Shown: piece after piece, positions 51,068 through 64,000 of the stretch
Position numbering within the stretch: position 1 is the first letter of the stretch
Layout of the letters: the number at the start of each line of letters is the position of its first letter
Origin: Octopus vulgaris
Lineage: Eukaryota
Direction of reading: 5' to 3'
NCBI GenBank assembly: GCA_951406725.2
Contig: OX597822.1
Coordinates: forward strand, 20,026,001 to 20,090,000
DNA length: 64,000 bases
Translations under genes and position numbers: made by a program
Notes under the pieces: generated by a model
What the model was told of the DNA's origin: nothing
What the model saw: only the letters and a program-made list of their open reading frames with translations
Database searches by the model: none

Positions 51068-51247
51068 TTGTAAATGTACTTTTAACGGTTTTCTAGTGAT
51101 TTTACAATTTCAATATTTGTGGCGGACAGACGTAGAGTCGAGTAAAATGACTTAACTTGATTTATATTTTTCCATATATAAGTTTTGAAAACCATCGTAT
51201 AATCGAGAACAACTTAAATCGAAACGACTTAAGCTGAGGTATGCTTA
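50474..51247. mobile_element. Tc1/mariner (pogo/Tigger-like) MITE, degenerate
   Basis: Imperfect TIRs CAGACATACTTCACCCTACGTCGTT / AACGACTTAAGCTGAGGTATGCTT in a TA context. Confidence 0.5.
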
Positions 51248-51254
51248 TATATAT

Positions 51255-51665
51255 ATTGAAGTAGATAAATGAATTATCTTATTACGGATAATTCAAATGA
51301 TAACCGATACTTGGGTAGCAAAAATCACAACAGAAAGAGCACGGTTGAAGTTACGACCATGGGGCAAAAAATCCGTGCCTTAGTGTGGAAATTTGAAGTT
51401 TTATATATTAAGTATAGTAAAGAATGGAGCTGAACGAAGATTTAACCAAATTCCTTTATTTTATTTTCGACATATGTTTCGAAGTCTGCAAAGTCCCTAA
51501 TTCCGATTGAATAAGGAGTCCATTTCAGGATTTTCCTGAAGAGAAAGCTACAAAATGGACTCCCTATTCAATCGGAATTAGGGACTTTGCAGACTTCGAA
51601 ACATATGTCGAAAATAAAATAAAGGAATTTGGTTAAATCTTCGTTCAGCTCCATTCTTTACTATA

Positions 51666-51670
<5 letters not shown>
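51255..51670 (+). mobile_element. Fold-back mini-element in (TA)n carrying a hammerhead
   Basis: ~51409-51525 is the near-perfect reverse complement of ~51553-51669. Confidence 0.8.
51530..51615 (+). ncRNA. Type-I hammerhead ribozyme with canonical core and long stem II
   Basis: ATTTTC-CTGAAGA-GAAAG...CTTC-GAAAC-ATAT-GTC^GAAAAT; stem III is palindromic (ACATATGT). Confidence 0.8.
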
Positions 51671-51700
<30 letters not shown>

Positions 51701-51728
51701 ACATACATTCATATATATATATATCTAC

Positions 51729-51780
<52 letters not shown>

Positions 51781-51896
51781 CTATCTACATACATACATAT
51801 ATATATATAAGTATACATACATATATATATGTGTGTGTGTGTGTGTATGTATATATATGGTGTGTATCTTGATAAATGTATATATATATATATATA

Positions 51897-52300
51897 CAAT
51901 TTATAAGTAAGGGCAAAAGAAAAAATTTCTAATACCAAAATATGCCGAAAATAGACACAACGTCAATAACCATGTAATTTATCACTACAAGCACGCGTTT
52001 CAAAGAAAGCCGACAGAAAGTTCTAAAAAAAGGTTCTTATGAACTAACTCTGAAATCGGGTCCGATATGGCAATAACGGGATTTTTTAGAAATTTCTGTC
52101 GGCTTTCTTCGAAACGCGTGTTTGTAGTGATAAATTACATGGTTATTGACGTTGTGTCTATTTTCGGCATATTTTGGCATTAGAAATTTTTTCTTTTGCC
52201 CTTACTTATAAATTGTTTATAAATTTAACCTTTAAAGGTATTTTTAATATGCTGGCCGTTGATGGAATATTTTTCGAAAAATTTTATCCTACATTAGATA
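51897..52300 (+). mobile_element. Fold-back copy of the 41-kb hammerhead element family
   Basis: ~51900-52030 is inverted at ~52082-52215. The spacer holds GAAATCGG-GTC-CGATA, and the tail TTTTATCCTACATTAG matches 41038-41054. Confidence 0.75.
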
Positions 52301-52759
52301 TGTATATATATATATATGTATATATGTATATATGTACGTATGTTTGTCAAGAACTCAACTCAACTGTCAACCAATACATTTTGAAATCTGATGATTACTA
52401 CGAACGTATGAAAGCGCTAATCGAACTTTATGAATATTACTAAAAATGTTTAACACACTACAACATTGTAAATTTAAAAAAATACAATCATAAAATATGA
52501 GAAAACCAGACCATGTTGTAACTTTATTTAACTGATATATTATTCTATACACATTTACACAAATTCGATATATATATATTTACACACACACACACACACA
52601 CATACACATACATACATACATACATACACACACACATACATGCTCACACAATACACACGGACACACAGACACAAATATATTTTGAAAGTCTATGAGAATT
52701 ACTACGGTTTTTGAAGTATAAAGGTGATTAAAAAAATAATTTTTAAAATGTTATAAAAT

Positions 52760-53838
52760 CTTTTATGAGGATATTACTAGCCATTTTTGGGAAGAAGTTT
52801 TTTCTAATGTGAGAGCGCTTTCGTTTAACCTTTTCATACACACGTGCTCTTAAAGAAGAAGTTGTTAGTTTTGTGGTTCTGGTAGTATTAACTATTTCTG
52901 GTTTATTTTCGGACTTATGGTTTTAGGAAATTAATATATTCCTTCAGAAACAAAAATATCCCAACAAATTAATTCAGCATTCCATAACAAAAACAAAAGA
53001 AATCCTGATCTCTACCCAGTGGAGAAACACTCAGGCTAGAGGTGAAAATAAAAATACAAATATTCCATTTGTAGTCACCCACAATCCTAGAAACTACAAT
53101 ATCATGCACTCAGCCAAACGATACCTCCCAATTCTACATCAATCCCCAAATCTCGAAAGAATAATTAAGATATCACAAATTATTAACAGTCGAAGACAGA
53201 CACCTAATCTCAAGAGTCTCCTAACAAAGGCGAGATTCACATTTGAAAAAAGAAACGATGCAAGAAACCAACTGTGGAGACCCCCGTTGTGGGACATACG
53301 ATTTAATTGAACAAGGGACAACCAAAAGGCCTAAGAATGGGAATGAATGCAAACATGAATTGCAAAACAAAAAACCTCATCTATTGCATCATATGACCAC
53401 AATGCAATGAAAACTACATTGGAGAGACCAGACATGTAAATGTGCATAAACAACAGATTAAGGATTCATCTCTTAGGAATGTTCAATACAGTGAACATCT
53501 AGATATCTGCGCAAATGACAAATTTAAAATATTCCCATTTTACAAAATAAACGATGAAAATGTACAGCTATGAAAGGCAAAAAAAGAATACTTTATAAGA
53601 ATTCTAAATCCGAAATTAAACCGGGAATAGCCAACACTCAATATAATAAACAATGGTAAAAGAATATTTATGACTAAAACCATAACTCCGAAAATAAACC
53701 GGATATAATTAATACTACTGCTACCATAAAAATAACAACTTCCTCTTTAAGAGCACGTGTGTTTGCAAGGGTTAAACGAAAGCGCCCACACACTAGAAAA
53801 ATCTTCTCAAAAAAGGTTAGTAACATCCCCATAAAAGA
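52760..53838 (+). mobile_element. 5'-truncated Penelope-like element with inverted 5' pLTR
   Basis: IPFVVTHNP...SRRQTPNLKSLLTKARF, NCKTKNLIYCI..C.ENYIGET (GIY-YIG) and FKIFPFYK...LNPKLN. ~52760-52870 is inverted relative to ~53735-53838. Confidence 0.8.
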
Positions 53839-53858
53839 CACACACACACATACACATA

Positions 53859-54093
53859 CAGAGTTGGCCAAAAGTCACCTGACAGTAAATCAAAACCACA
53901 TAATTCCAAGATTTATTTATGTTTAACAACTGACTGAATTTAATAAAAGCATCTAAATATGAAACACGGTGAAAATTGCTCAAACTGAAGTCCTTCTTGA
54001 GCGAAACACTTTTCCATTCGAGTCAGTACAGAATTACAGATCGTATTTATGGAATTTTGATTCACTGTCGAGTGACTTTTGACCACCAGTCTG
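53859..54093. mobile_element. Tc1/mariner-type MITE
   Basis: TIRs CAGAGTTGGCCAAAAGTCACCTGACAGTAAATCAAAA / TTTTGATTCACTGTCGAGTGACTTTTGACCACCAGTCTG, with TA on the left. Confidence 0.75.
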
Positions 54094-54094
54094 T

Positions 54095-54850
54095 GTTCGG
54101 ATTGTCTTTACACAGGGGCCATCCATAATCCCGCCTTCACTGTGAACAGGAATTAATCTTCTCTCTTCGCTCCTTTGCGTCACATGGGCTCAACTCCCTT
54201 CCTCTCTTCATCTGACTCCCCTCCTCTCTTCTCTTCATTTGACACCTACCTCCTGTCTTCACTCCTGCTCCACTCCCCACACCCACAGATCCACCCACAC
54301 CCAACACCACTCCTACGCACATCACCCCATACCACACCAACCTATACACCCACACCACCACACGACATCACACCACCCCACACCACTCCACACACATTAG
54401 CACTGACCACTTCCCAGCACCCACAGCACACACCATCTTCTGCACACCCCCAGACCTTCATCCACATACCCACACATTACAGACACACAGTTACACACGC
54501 ACATCCACACATGTCAAAGTCATTAGCCCCTATCCACACACACACTTTCTCACATATGTACAGACACACACGCGTACCTTCGTTTTGGGATCACCAATAC
54601 TTTATTATCTCTCCTTCTTTCTACTTCTCTTTTCTTTCCAATCGGTCGCCATGCTTGACCGCTAAATCGATAAGATTTTTTCAATTCTCTCTCTCTGTTT
54701 ATTTTCTCTTATTCCTTTCTGTTGAAGAGCGTAGGCTCGAAACGTAAAAGACTTTCTCACTTTGCCGAGCGTCAAACTAATACACCTGTTTGTTGTTCAT
54801 ACACCTGTCTTCGTCTTTTGTTTTTCTATAAATTTCAACTATATATATAT
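54095..54850 (+). mobile_element. PLE-type 3' UTR/pLTR with hammerhead variant
   Basis: A C/A-rich tract is followed by CTTT-CTGTTGA-A-GAGC(GTAG)GCTC-GAAACGTA-AAAG (~54715-54750). It ends in (TA)n. Confidence 0.55.
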
Positions 54851-54858
54851 ATTCGGAT

Positions 54859-54962
<104 letters not shown>

Positions 54963-56149
54963 ATGTATGTATATGTGTATGTGTATGCGTGTATATGTGT
55001 ATTTGCGTGTGCGTATGCGTCTATGTATTTGTGTATGTGTGTAAATGTTTTTTTTTTTGTATTTTGAGATGTTGGTAGCATCAAGTTTCAAACATTTAAA
55101 ACTTCTGATCAGAGTTCAAACTCACGTCACTTTGTTCAATTACCATTGTTGTCAGGGCGTCAAATAGAACGCTGACATTTTGCGTTCGGTGTTCAACTAA
55201 CACCTAACAATCCCAGTCCTGTTGATGGTTGGGTTAGTTACCGGATCTTGAGATCGCAAGTGTTTATGAAAACTGCAACGGATGAGGATGACTGTAACCG
55301 TCTGCTACCGAAGTCTAAACATGATGACTACGTTAGTTGGAACACGGCTAATAGCAGTCCAGAACAAAGAACATTAATATGCAAATTAGCGTTTGCCAAT
55401 ATGCAGATTAATGTTCGTTTGACATCCATTAACGAATTGCATGAGTCCAATACAGTGTGAAAATCTAACGCTGAAATATAAATTAGCATCTTAAGCGGCT
55501 ATGAACAACACGGAAACTAGAATTAAACGAATCTCTAACGTGAATCGAACAAAGTCCAAAACTACTCTAGATTTTATACATAAAATTTGCTGTGCAAAAC
55601 TTTGGATATGTCTCCGATGGTTATATTTTCAGTGGCTTTTGACAGGGGTTAAATAGTTGTGCTCAAGGCTTTTTCTGGGTTGGTGAAGGGGGAAGTTATA
55701 CTTAAATTGCAGGCCTGACCCGAATACTAAAAGTAGTGATCTTGAACCGGATGATCGATTAAGTGTACCGGTAAAAATAAACAAGACATATTGAAAACTT
55801 GCAGTTTATCATTTTATTGAAATAATATTATCATGTGATGAAAGGAGATGATTATTATCTGCAAGTTCATGACTTCATGAGTCGACTAAAGTGAAAATAG
55901 GGTAATATTTGGAATTCAAGAAAATTAGTTATAGCCTGCGTGTGGCCGATTTCGAAGCAATTTTGTATACGTCCAATTGCTGTGAATTAAGAAAAATAAT
56001 TGTATTTTCAACATTTCAGGGCCTGACGTTCGTTTGAAAGTAAATGCCTACATTTACCTACGTACTTACATACACAAAATATCACTTTCAATCTACTCTT
56101 CCTTCTAAGATACGGAGGGAGTAAAGGACCACCATGTCATATTCTAGAT

Positions 56150-56408
56150 CAGTGGTTCTCACCCGGGGTCCATATGGCCCTTCGGTGGAGGTGTCTATAT
56201 AGGATTTTCTTGCTTAAAGTTTGTACAATAAATTGCTTATATTTCTACAATGCACAAAATGTTTTAATTTCGTTAAATACAATTCCTAATATTTAATTAT
56301 AAAAATACAGTAGGATATTTTTTATCTTCATCAAATGGCTATAGGGGCCCAGTGGAGTATAATAGGAATCAAAGGGGTCCATTGGTAAAAAATGGTTGAG
56401 AAGCTCTG
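56150..56408. mobile_element. hAT (Charlie-like) MITE
   Basis: TIRs CAGTGGTTCTCACC / GGTTGAGAAGCTCTG; degenerate 8-bp TSD TTCTAGAT / CTTTAGAC. Confidence 0.7.
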
Positions 56409-56880
56409 CTTTAGACATTTCAAAGTAAATGAAGTCGTCCAACTCAGTTATGAAGTCTCCAAGCTGAAAGAACGACTTACTAGTACAAGATATATGTAAC
56501 TAGCGGCGGTTTTCATTTGATCTCCGTAAAAATTATAGTGGTTGTGTATCAGCTTGGAAAAGCTTGATGACAATACACGGCGTTTTGATTCTAACAAGCG
56601 AATATTTTCAAATTCGTTTTAAATAAGCTGCTGTGGTCCCACTAATTTGGATAACAGTAACGTTGTGATTCACTTACCCGTAATTATAAGTGACAGCTGC
56701 CTTAAAATACACGCATTCAGTCTCACATGCACATATACAAATAAGCTTAAAACATGTGCATGCACGCACTCATACGCAATACAATATATTTGAATGGGAG
56801 TGAAACAAACGCATTCACAAAAATACACAGACACACAGACATATATATATACATAAATATATAAATATATATATATATAT

Positions 56881-59596
56881 AACAATTGCAGCGTGGGAGG
56901 TGTTTATAAGCCATTTAAGAAACACACAAAAGCCGTTCGATTCACTCCAACATTTAAGTTTAATTTGTCAAAATATTTTCGTCGCTAAAATCCGCGACCT
57001 GTTCACTGACAAAGTCCGTGCTGCATCTAAGAAAGTAACAGTTAGTTCGTCATATATATGTATGTACGTATGTATGTGTGTATGTATGCATACATGTGTG
57101 TATGTATGTACATATTCATGTCCGCACATACGCCTGTGTATGCATGTATGTATGTATGTATGTATGTATGTATGTATGTATGTATATATGTATGTGTGTG
57201 TATAAGCACGCACATACACTCTATAAAACATAAAGTTATAAACCTGTAGCGATGGATGGATGTAGAGTGACCACTCATCACAACGCTATCAAATTTCAAC
57301 TCCCTACGGCCGAGGCTAGAAAGTGAATTTATGACGCTTGCTCACAAGAACTATACCCTAAAATCTATTATCAGATTTTTATCTCTATATCACAGAACTA
57401 ATGTTTTACTATTGTTCGTATGTATGTATGTATGTGCGTATGTATGTATGTGCGTATGTATGTATGTATGTATGTATGTATGTATGTATGTATGTATGTA
57501 TGTATGTATGTATGTATGTATGTACATACGTACGCATGTGCGTATGTATGTATACGCGCCCGTATGCATGTGCCCATGTATGTGTGTGTGTACATGTACG
57601 TGCGTATGTACGTGTGTATGCCCATACGTAGGTATGTATGTATGTTTGTATTCATGTGCTACGTATGTATGTGAGTGTCTAGGAGAATGGGCAGATGTGT
57701 CCGTGAGAGTGTGTACATGTGTATGTGTATGTGAACGTATGTCCGTGTACTGGCATGTGTCCGTCCAAGTTGTGTACATGACTGTTACTTAGCTGAAGGT
57801 TGTATACATATTTACATATATGTTTGTATAGACGCACACATATATATATATATATGTGTGTGGGTGTGTGTTTGTTCCTCTCATCGTCGTCTAACCGTGA
57901 ATGGGTACAACGCCTAGGTGCAACTGTTCGTATCAAACAACGTCTGCTCATACCGTTGTATATAACTGCACATACGCATTGCAACCTGTATGTAAGGACT
58001 ACAGGTGAAAGGGAGAGAGAGAGAGGGGTGGTTATAGAATAGTCCTTCTGAATGGGATCTGGATGTTATTCCATTCGGACTTTCGGTTGAGAGTAGGTTT
58101 GTATTCTTGTATACAAACAGCTTCTGTGACCTGTCTCAACATTGCATCGGTGGGATGTGTAGATAGGATGTTCAACTTAAGCTCCCTAAGGATCCCTTGT
58201 GGCAGTCTACAGCATGTTGGTAGAAGATGGAGTTTGGCTTCCTTTCAATGTAGTTGTCCATTGAAAGGAAGCCAAACTCCATCTTCTACCAACATGCTGT
58301 AGACTGCCACAAGGGATCCTTAGGGGAGCTTAAGTTGAACATCCTATCTACACATCCCACCGATGCAATGTTGAGACAGGTCACAGAAGCTGTTTGTATA
58401 CAAGAATACAAACCTACTCTCAACCGAAAGTCCGAATGGAATAACATCCAGATCCCATTCAGAAGGACTATTCTATAACCACCCTCTCTCTCTCTCCCTT
58501 TCACCTGTAGTCCTTACATACAGGTTGCAATGCGTATGTGCAGTTATATACAACGGTATGAGCAGACGTTGTTTGATACGAACAGTTGCACCTAGGCGTT
58601 GTACCCATTCACGGTTAGACGACGATGAGAGGAACAAACACACACCCACACACATATATATATATATATGTGTGCGTCTATACAAACATATATGTAAATA
58701 TGTATACAACCTTCAGCTAAGTAACAGTCATGTACACAACTTGGACGGACACATGCCAGTACACGGACATACGTTCACATACACATACACATGTACACAC
58801 TCTCACGGACACATCTGCCCATTCTCCTAGACACTCACATACATACGTAGCACATGAATACAAACATACATACATACCTACGTATGGGCATACACACGTA
58901 CATACGCACGTACATGTACACACACACATACATGGGCACATGCATACGGGCGCGTATACATACATACGCACATGCGTACGTATGTACATACATACATACA
59001 TACATACATACATACATACATACGCACATACATACATACGCACATACATACATACATACGAACAATAGTAAAACATTAGTTCTGTGATATAGAGATAAAA
59101 ATCTGATAATAGATTTTAGGGTATAGTTCTTGTGAGCAAGCGTCATAAATTCACTTTCTAGCCTCGGCCGTAGGGAGTTGAAATTTGATAGCGTTGTGAT
59201 GAGTGGTCACTCTACATCCATCCATCGCTACAGGTTTATAACTTTATGTTTTATAGAGTGTATGTGCGTGCTTATACACACACATACATATATACATACA
59301 TACATACATACATACATACATACATACATACATGCATACACAGGCGTATGTGCGGACATGAATATGTACATACATACACACATGTATGCATACATACACA
59401 CATACATACGTACATACATATATATGACGAACTAACTGTTACTTTCTTAGATGCAGCACGGACTTTGTCAGTGAACAGGTCGCGGATTTTAGCGACGAAA
59501 ATATTTTGACAAATTAAACTTAAATGTTGGAGTGAATCGAACGGCTTTTGTGTGTTTCTTAAATGGCTTATAAACACCTCCCACGCTGCAATTGTT
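56881..59596. repeat. 2.7-kb near-perfect palindrome made of two head-to-head PLE 3' ends
   Basis: Arms are 56881-58250 and 58259-59596 with the 8-nt spacer TAGTTGTC. The centre encodes QHAVDCH...RQVTEAVCI...LNRKSEW (GIY-YIG-like C-terminus). Only the right arm has a ~57-bp extension before (TA)n. Confidence 0.9.
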
Positions 59597-59651
59597 TTCG
59601 TTTCAGCACACGATCTCAGATCAAATTACTTGCTATGCGAGTACATCTCCG

Positions 59652-59694
<43 letters not shown>

Positions 59695-59695
<1 letters not shown>

Positions 59696-59850
59696 GACGG
59701 GCTTCTTTCAGTTTTCGTCAACCAAATCCACTGACAAGGTTTTGGTCAATCTGAGGCTATAGTAGAAGACATTTAGTCAATGTGCCACGCAGTGGGACTG
59801 AACCCAGAACCAATTGGTTGGGATGCAAACTTCTTACCTCATAGCTACGT
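59695..59850 (-). mobile_element. SINE family A, 5' half
   Basis: Homologous to 6145-6305. Confidence 0.75.
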
Positions 59851-60364
59851 CTGTTATTAAGATTGTCACTTGACTGTCAGATATGATAACAGGATTCAAT
59901 GTTTCGTTCGGCTAAAACGTGTTTCGTATTGAGAGAAATGCCGCTACTGGTTTTGTTCAACGGATGCAAGAACGAGCAACTGCTCTAACTGTGCTTTATC
60001 AATACGAATTAAAAAAAAAACTGTCAATTCTGAGAAAATCCTCTTCTACCTGGCTATTGGGTGTCATGTGAAAGCAGGAAAGAAAAAAATTTTGTGCACT
60101 GTTTTATTTAGCAAACGTAACTGACAAAATAATGGATTCTCATTGGTTCGAATTCTTCACTTAGTATGCATGTGACATGAAAATAGGCAGAACACCTGGA
60201 AAACAAACGTTTTATGAATGAAGTACCTTGAGATATTGTTCAGAATCGAGTTACAAACACCCCTTTGTCAGTTTTAATGTCAGAAATACAGAGAACCATT
60301 GACCCACGTTTTGAAACATGTATATTAAATAAATAGATACATAAATAAATAAATAAACAACAAA

Positions 60365-60404
<40 letters not shown>

Positions 60405-60886
60405 TAACAACAATAACGATAACAGAAGGTGGGTATGAAGCTAATATGCAAAGCCATGTAATAGAGAGGCGGCAACTAAATTAATTTAATTAATGCCATT
60501 TGTCATTCGAAGAGTTAGTTTATTAATGCCATAAGTCTAATTAACATTCATATATCGATTATAGATTTTATACGATATTCAATGTGAAATATATCTAAGA
60601 GAATGTAGGCTTTCATTAAAATATCTGTCTAACCCAGATTCAGATCTAGAGAACAATTATTTCATTTAGCATGCTGTACTGGATTTATGTGACAGGAAGA
60701 TATATAACTTATTGATCAGAAACGTATTGCAGATATTATCAAATTTTCCTGATTTCCTTGTATCATGACTAGCTGGAGGATGGCATGATATTTTGTCTGG
60801 CTAAAATAAACAGATTCAAATCAGAACAGTATTATACAAACACGCATACATAAATAGGCGCATAGAACGTCTGTGTGTGTGTGTTC

Positions 60887-60946
<60 letters not shown>

Positions 60947-61465
60947 CATTGTATCTCGACTAGATTATCGGATGTAGGCTGTAAACCGCTGTTCACGTTG
61001 CGATTCCTGGCGTTGTTAAAACATCCCAATGATGGCATCGTGCTGTACACACACACACACACACATCGTCAGTTTATCATACATTCAAAAGAAGAAGCAC
61101 ACTCTAAAGCATAGAGCAGTAATATATTTATATGTAGTTAAGTATATGTCCAGTCATAGAGTGACCATTGGTTTGCCATCCACAAAGCGTTTAGCCATCG
61201 ACCATGTGACTAATCCCTTTAAGGAAGCGAAACCATTGGTCACTTTTTGACCGGACATATACTTAACTGCATACGTGTATACACACACACGCACACACAT
61301 GTATATTTAGGTATATATGTATATAAATTATGCTTGTGTGTGTGAGTGAATTGGTGGCAGTAGGTAGATGTTATATTTAAAAACAATACCAAAATATCCT
61401 AAAAACTAACTGTTGTTAGGGCAGTTTGTTGCCTGTTTAGGTTTTAACTGAGACGCACCAACGCA

Positions 61466-62018
<553 letters not shown>

Positions 62019-62624
62019 CACATACACACAATATATTCATAAGTACATACGCGAATATAGGTACATAAACAGACGCACACATATATATATTTTCACAACT
62101 TTGATATATTTAATTTTTATTGAGCAAACACACTAATTCGTTTTGCGTGATAGAAGAATTCCCAGTATTATAGCAAAATCTTTATTCGCTTGTGTACTGT
62201 AGCCGGTCACTTTGTTAAGTTCATTATTGATCTGTCCTAGTTCGATCAACCAAGCAATAAAGTATTGCTGTGTAAAATCTTCGTAAGCGTGCATTTGTTA
62301 TTTGCAGGATTCTTGTACAATACCGGCTGTTCGTGCTGTGTATATACATTCTCGTGGCTTAGAAACCATTTGCTACATGCTAGTGTGTATATGACTGGCA
62401 AAAACAATGTGTTGTCCAGAGACAAATTATAAACGGCAGATATATTTTTGTCTATGCTATGTAACTATACGTTAGCTTCCAGCGTCACACCTTTTAAACT
62501 AATAAATCGCTTTATAATCGATATTTTTCATTTATACTGAGTGTCCCAGTTAATTCGTTTCTGAATGATACAAAAGAAAAAGTTCTCTGTCAGACTGCGA
62601 AATGTTCATTCACTTATATATGTG

Positions 62625-62715
<91 letters not shown>

Positions 62716-62742
62716 GTATGTATATATATATATATATGTATG

Positions 62743-62778
<36 letters not shown>

Positions 62779-62825
62779 TGTATGTTATATATATATATAT
62801 ATGTATGTATATATATATATATATG

Positions 62826-62868
<43 letters not shown>

Positions 62869-62992
62869 ATATGTATGTATGTATATATGTGCATGTGCGT
62901 GTGTAAATGCAATAAGCATTAAAAAGGAGAGCACAAGAAGAAATATTGACAAATAAGGCATTAATTTAACGCTTCGTTGGAAATGGAAAAAT

Positions 62993-63032
62993 CTCTTAAT
63001 ATTTCAGACGTTAGTCTTTCATCAGAAGAAGG
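62993..63032 (-). ncRNA. Hammerhead-like motif
   Basis: Minus strand reads CTT-CTGATGA-A-AGAC(TAAC)GTCT-GAAATATTA-AGAG; stem I is weak. Confidence 0.45.
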
Positions 63033-63099
63033 GAGAGAGGCACAGAGACTTTGAGACAGAAAAATAGTTAGAAACCCAAGTGGTAATGCTATTCTGAGG

Positions 63100-63153
63100 T
63101 CGACCAAAGGTTGTGAGTGAACCTAGTAGACGGAAACTAAAAGAAGCCCGTCA

Positions 63154-63193
<40 letters not shown>

Positions 63194-63370
63194 CGTGTGT
63201 GTGTGTCTTTGTGTTTGTCTACCACCACCGCTTAATAACCGCTGTTTGTGTGTTTACCGGTTCGGCAAAAGAGAACACTAGAATAAATTCCAGGCTCAAA
63301 AAGATAAGTACTAAGGTTGATTATTTCGACTAAAATTCCTGCAGTCGAATGAGTGAAACAAGATAGAGGA
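63100..63370 (+). mobile_element. SINE family A, partial
   Basis: GTAGACGGAAACTAAAAGAAGCCCGTC...GGTTCGGCAAAAGAG. Confidence 0.7.
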
Positions 63371-64000
63371 TAATATATATATATATTTCTCTCTCTTCTC
63401 CCCCCTTTGGTGCCTTTGTACCTCTTTTTCTCTCTCTCTTTGATTCCTTTGCCCCCTTTTTTCTCTCTCTTCTCCTCTCACGTGACTGCTGGTCAACCAA
63501 CCTTTTGGCTTCTGACCACCGCCACGAGAACACCGTTTTCTTCGTCTGCCGAAAAATATATTTTTTTCCAAATACGCCAGCTAAGCTAAGTTGTACTGTC
63601 TATAGTCGTAAGACAACCGCTGTTTTTGTCCTGTTATTACTATTATTGTTTTTTGTATTTATATTCGTGTGGCATCGTCCGTTTTTCTGTCCTTGTTTCG
63701 TATCCATTCGATCCTTTTCCCAAGGAATCTAATGCTCTTAGCTTAATTTTTCCTTGGGGCTGGCCGGATCGGAGCGATCTCAAGATTAATCAGCCGAAAT
63801 TGCGAGGATGATCCGGTTCTTGACTGAAGATTGAAGGCTTCGAATGTCCCGTCCGTGTTTTTTGTATCGTCTTCTAAATGTTTTGCGTTCTTGTCCCAGT
63901 TTGTATTTTTTTTTTACATATATATATATAATTAAAAAAGGGTAGAAATTGATATTAATCAATTAAAACCTAGCATATTTAAAAAAATCCGAAGATTAAA

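Noticed and set aside
56502-56520. AGCGGCGGTTTTC match to the Tx1 5' junction (26971-26983)
   Set aside because: Only 13 bp, with no extended homology on either side; likely chance.

Overview
AT-rich, microsatellite-saturated animal genomic DNA with one 100-N assembly gap (16349-16448). The SINE families and repeat style suggest a cephalopod, probably Octopus (inference). No host gene can be called confidently; there is one candidate Gly-rich exon near 42.0-42.5 kb. Most long ORFs in the track are microsatellite translations. The window is mostly mobile DNA: tRNA-derived SINEs, Penelope-like elements (PLEs), R4/Dong- and CRE-like LINE remnants, Helitron pieces and Tc1/hAT MITEs. The main observation is a nested block at 19.66-27.51 kb. 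A short non-coding element carrying a minimal type-I hammerhead ribozyme (retrozyme-like or PLE-pLTR-like) has been hit at one 15-bp site (TCCAATCGAAAACCG) by two Tx1/L1-clade elements in tandem. One is a full-length ORF1+ORF2 LINE, and the other is a divergent, intact ORF1-only (HAL1-like) element with the same 3' terminus. An empty copy of the target lies directly beside the block. About a dozen further hammerhead-like motifs occur, mostly in PLE termini and small fold-back elements in (TA)n, and there is a 2.7-kb PLE-derived palindrome at 56.9-59.6 kb.
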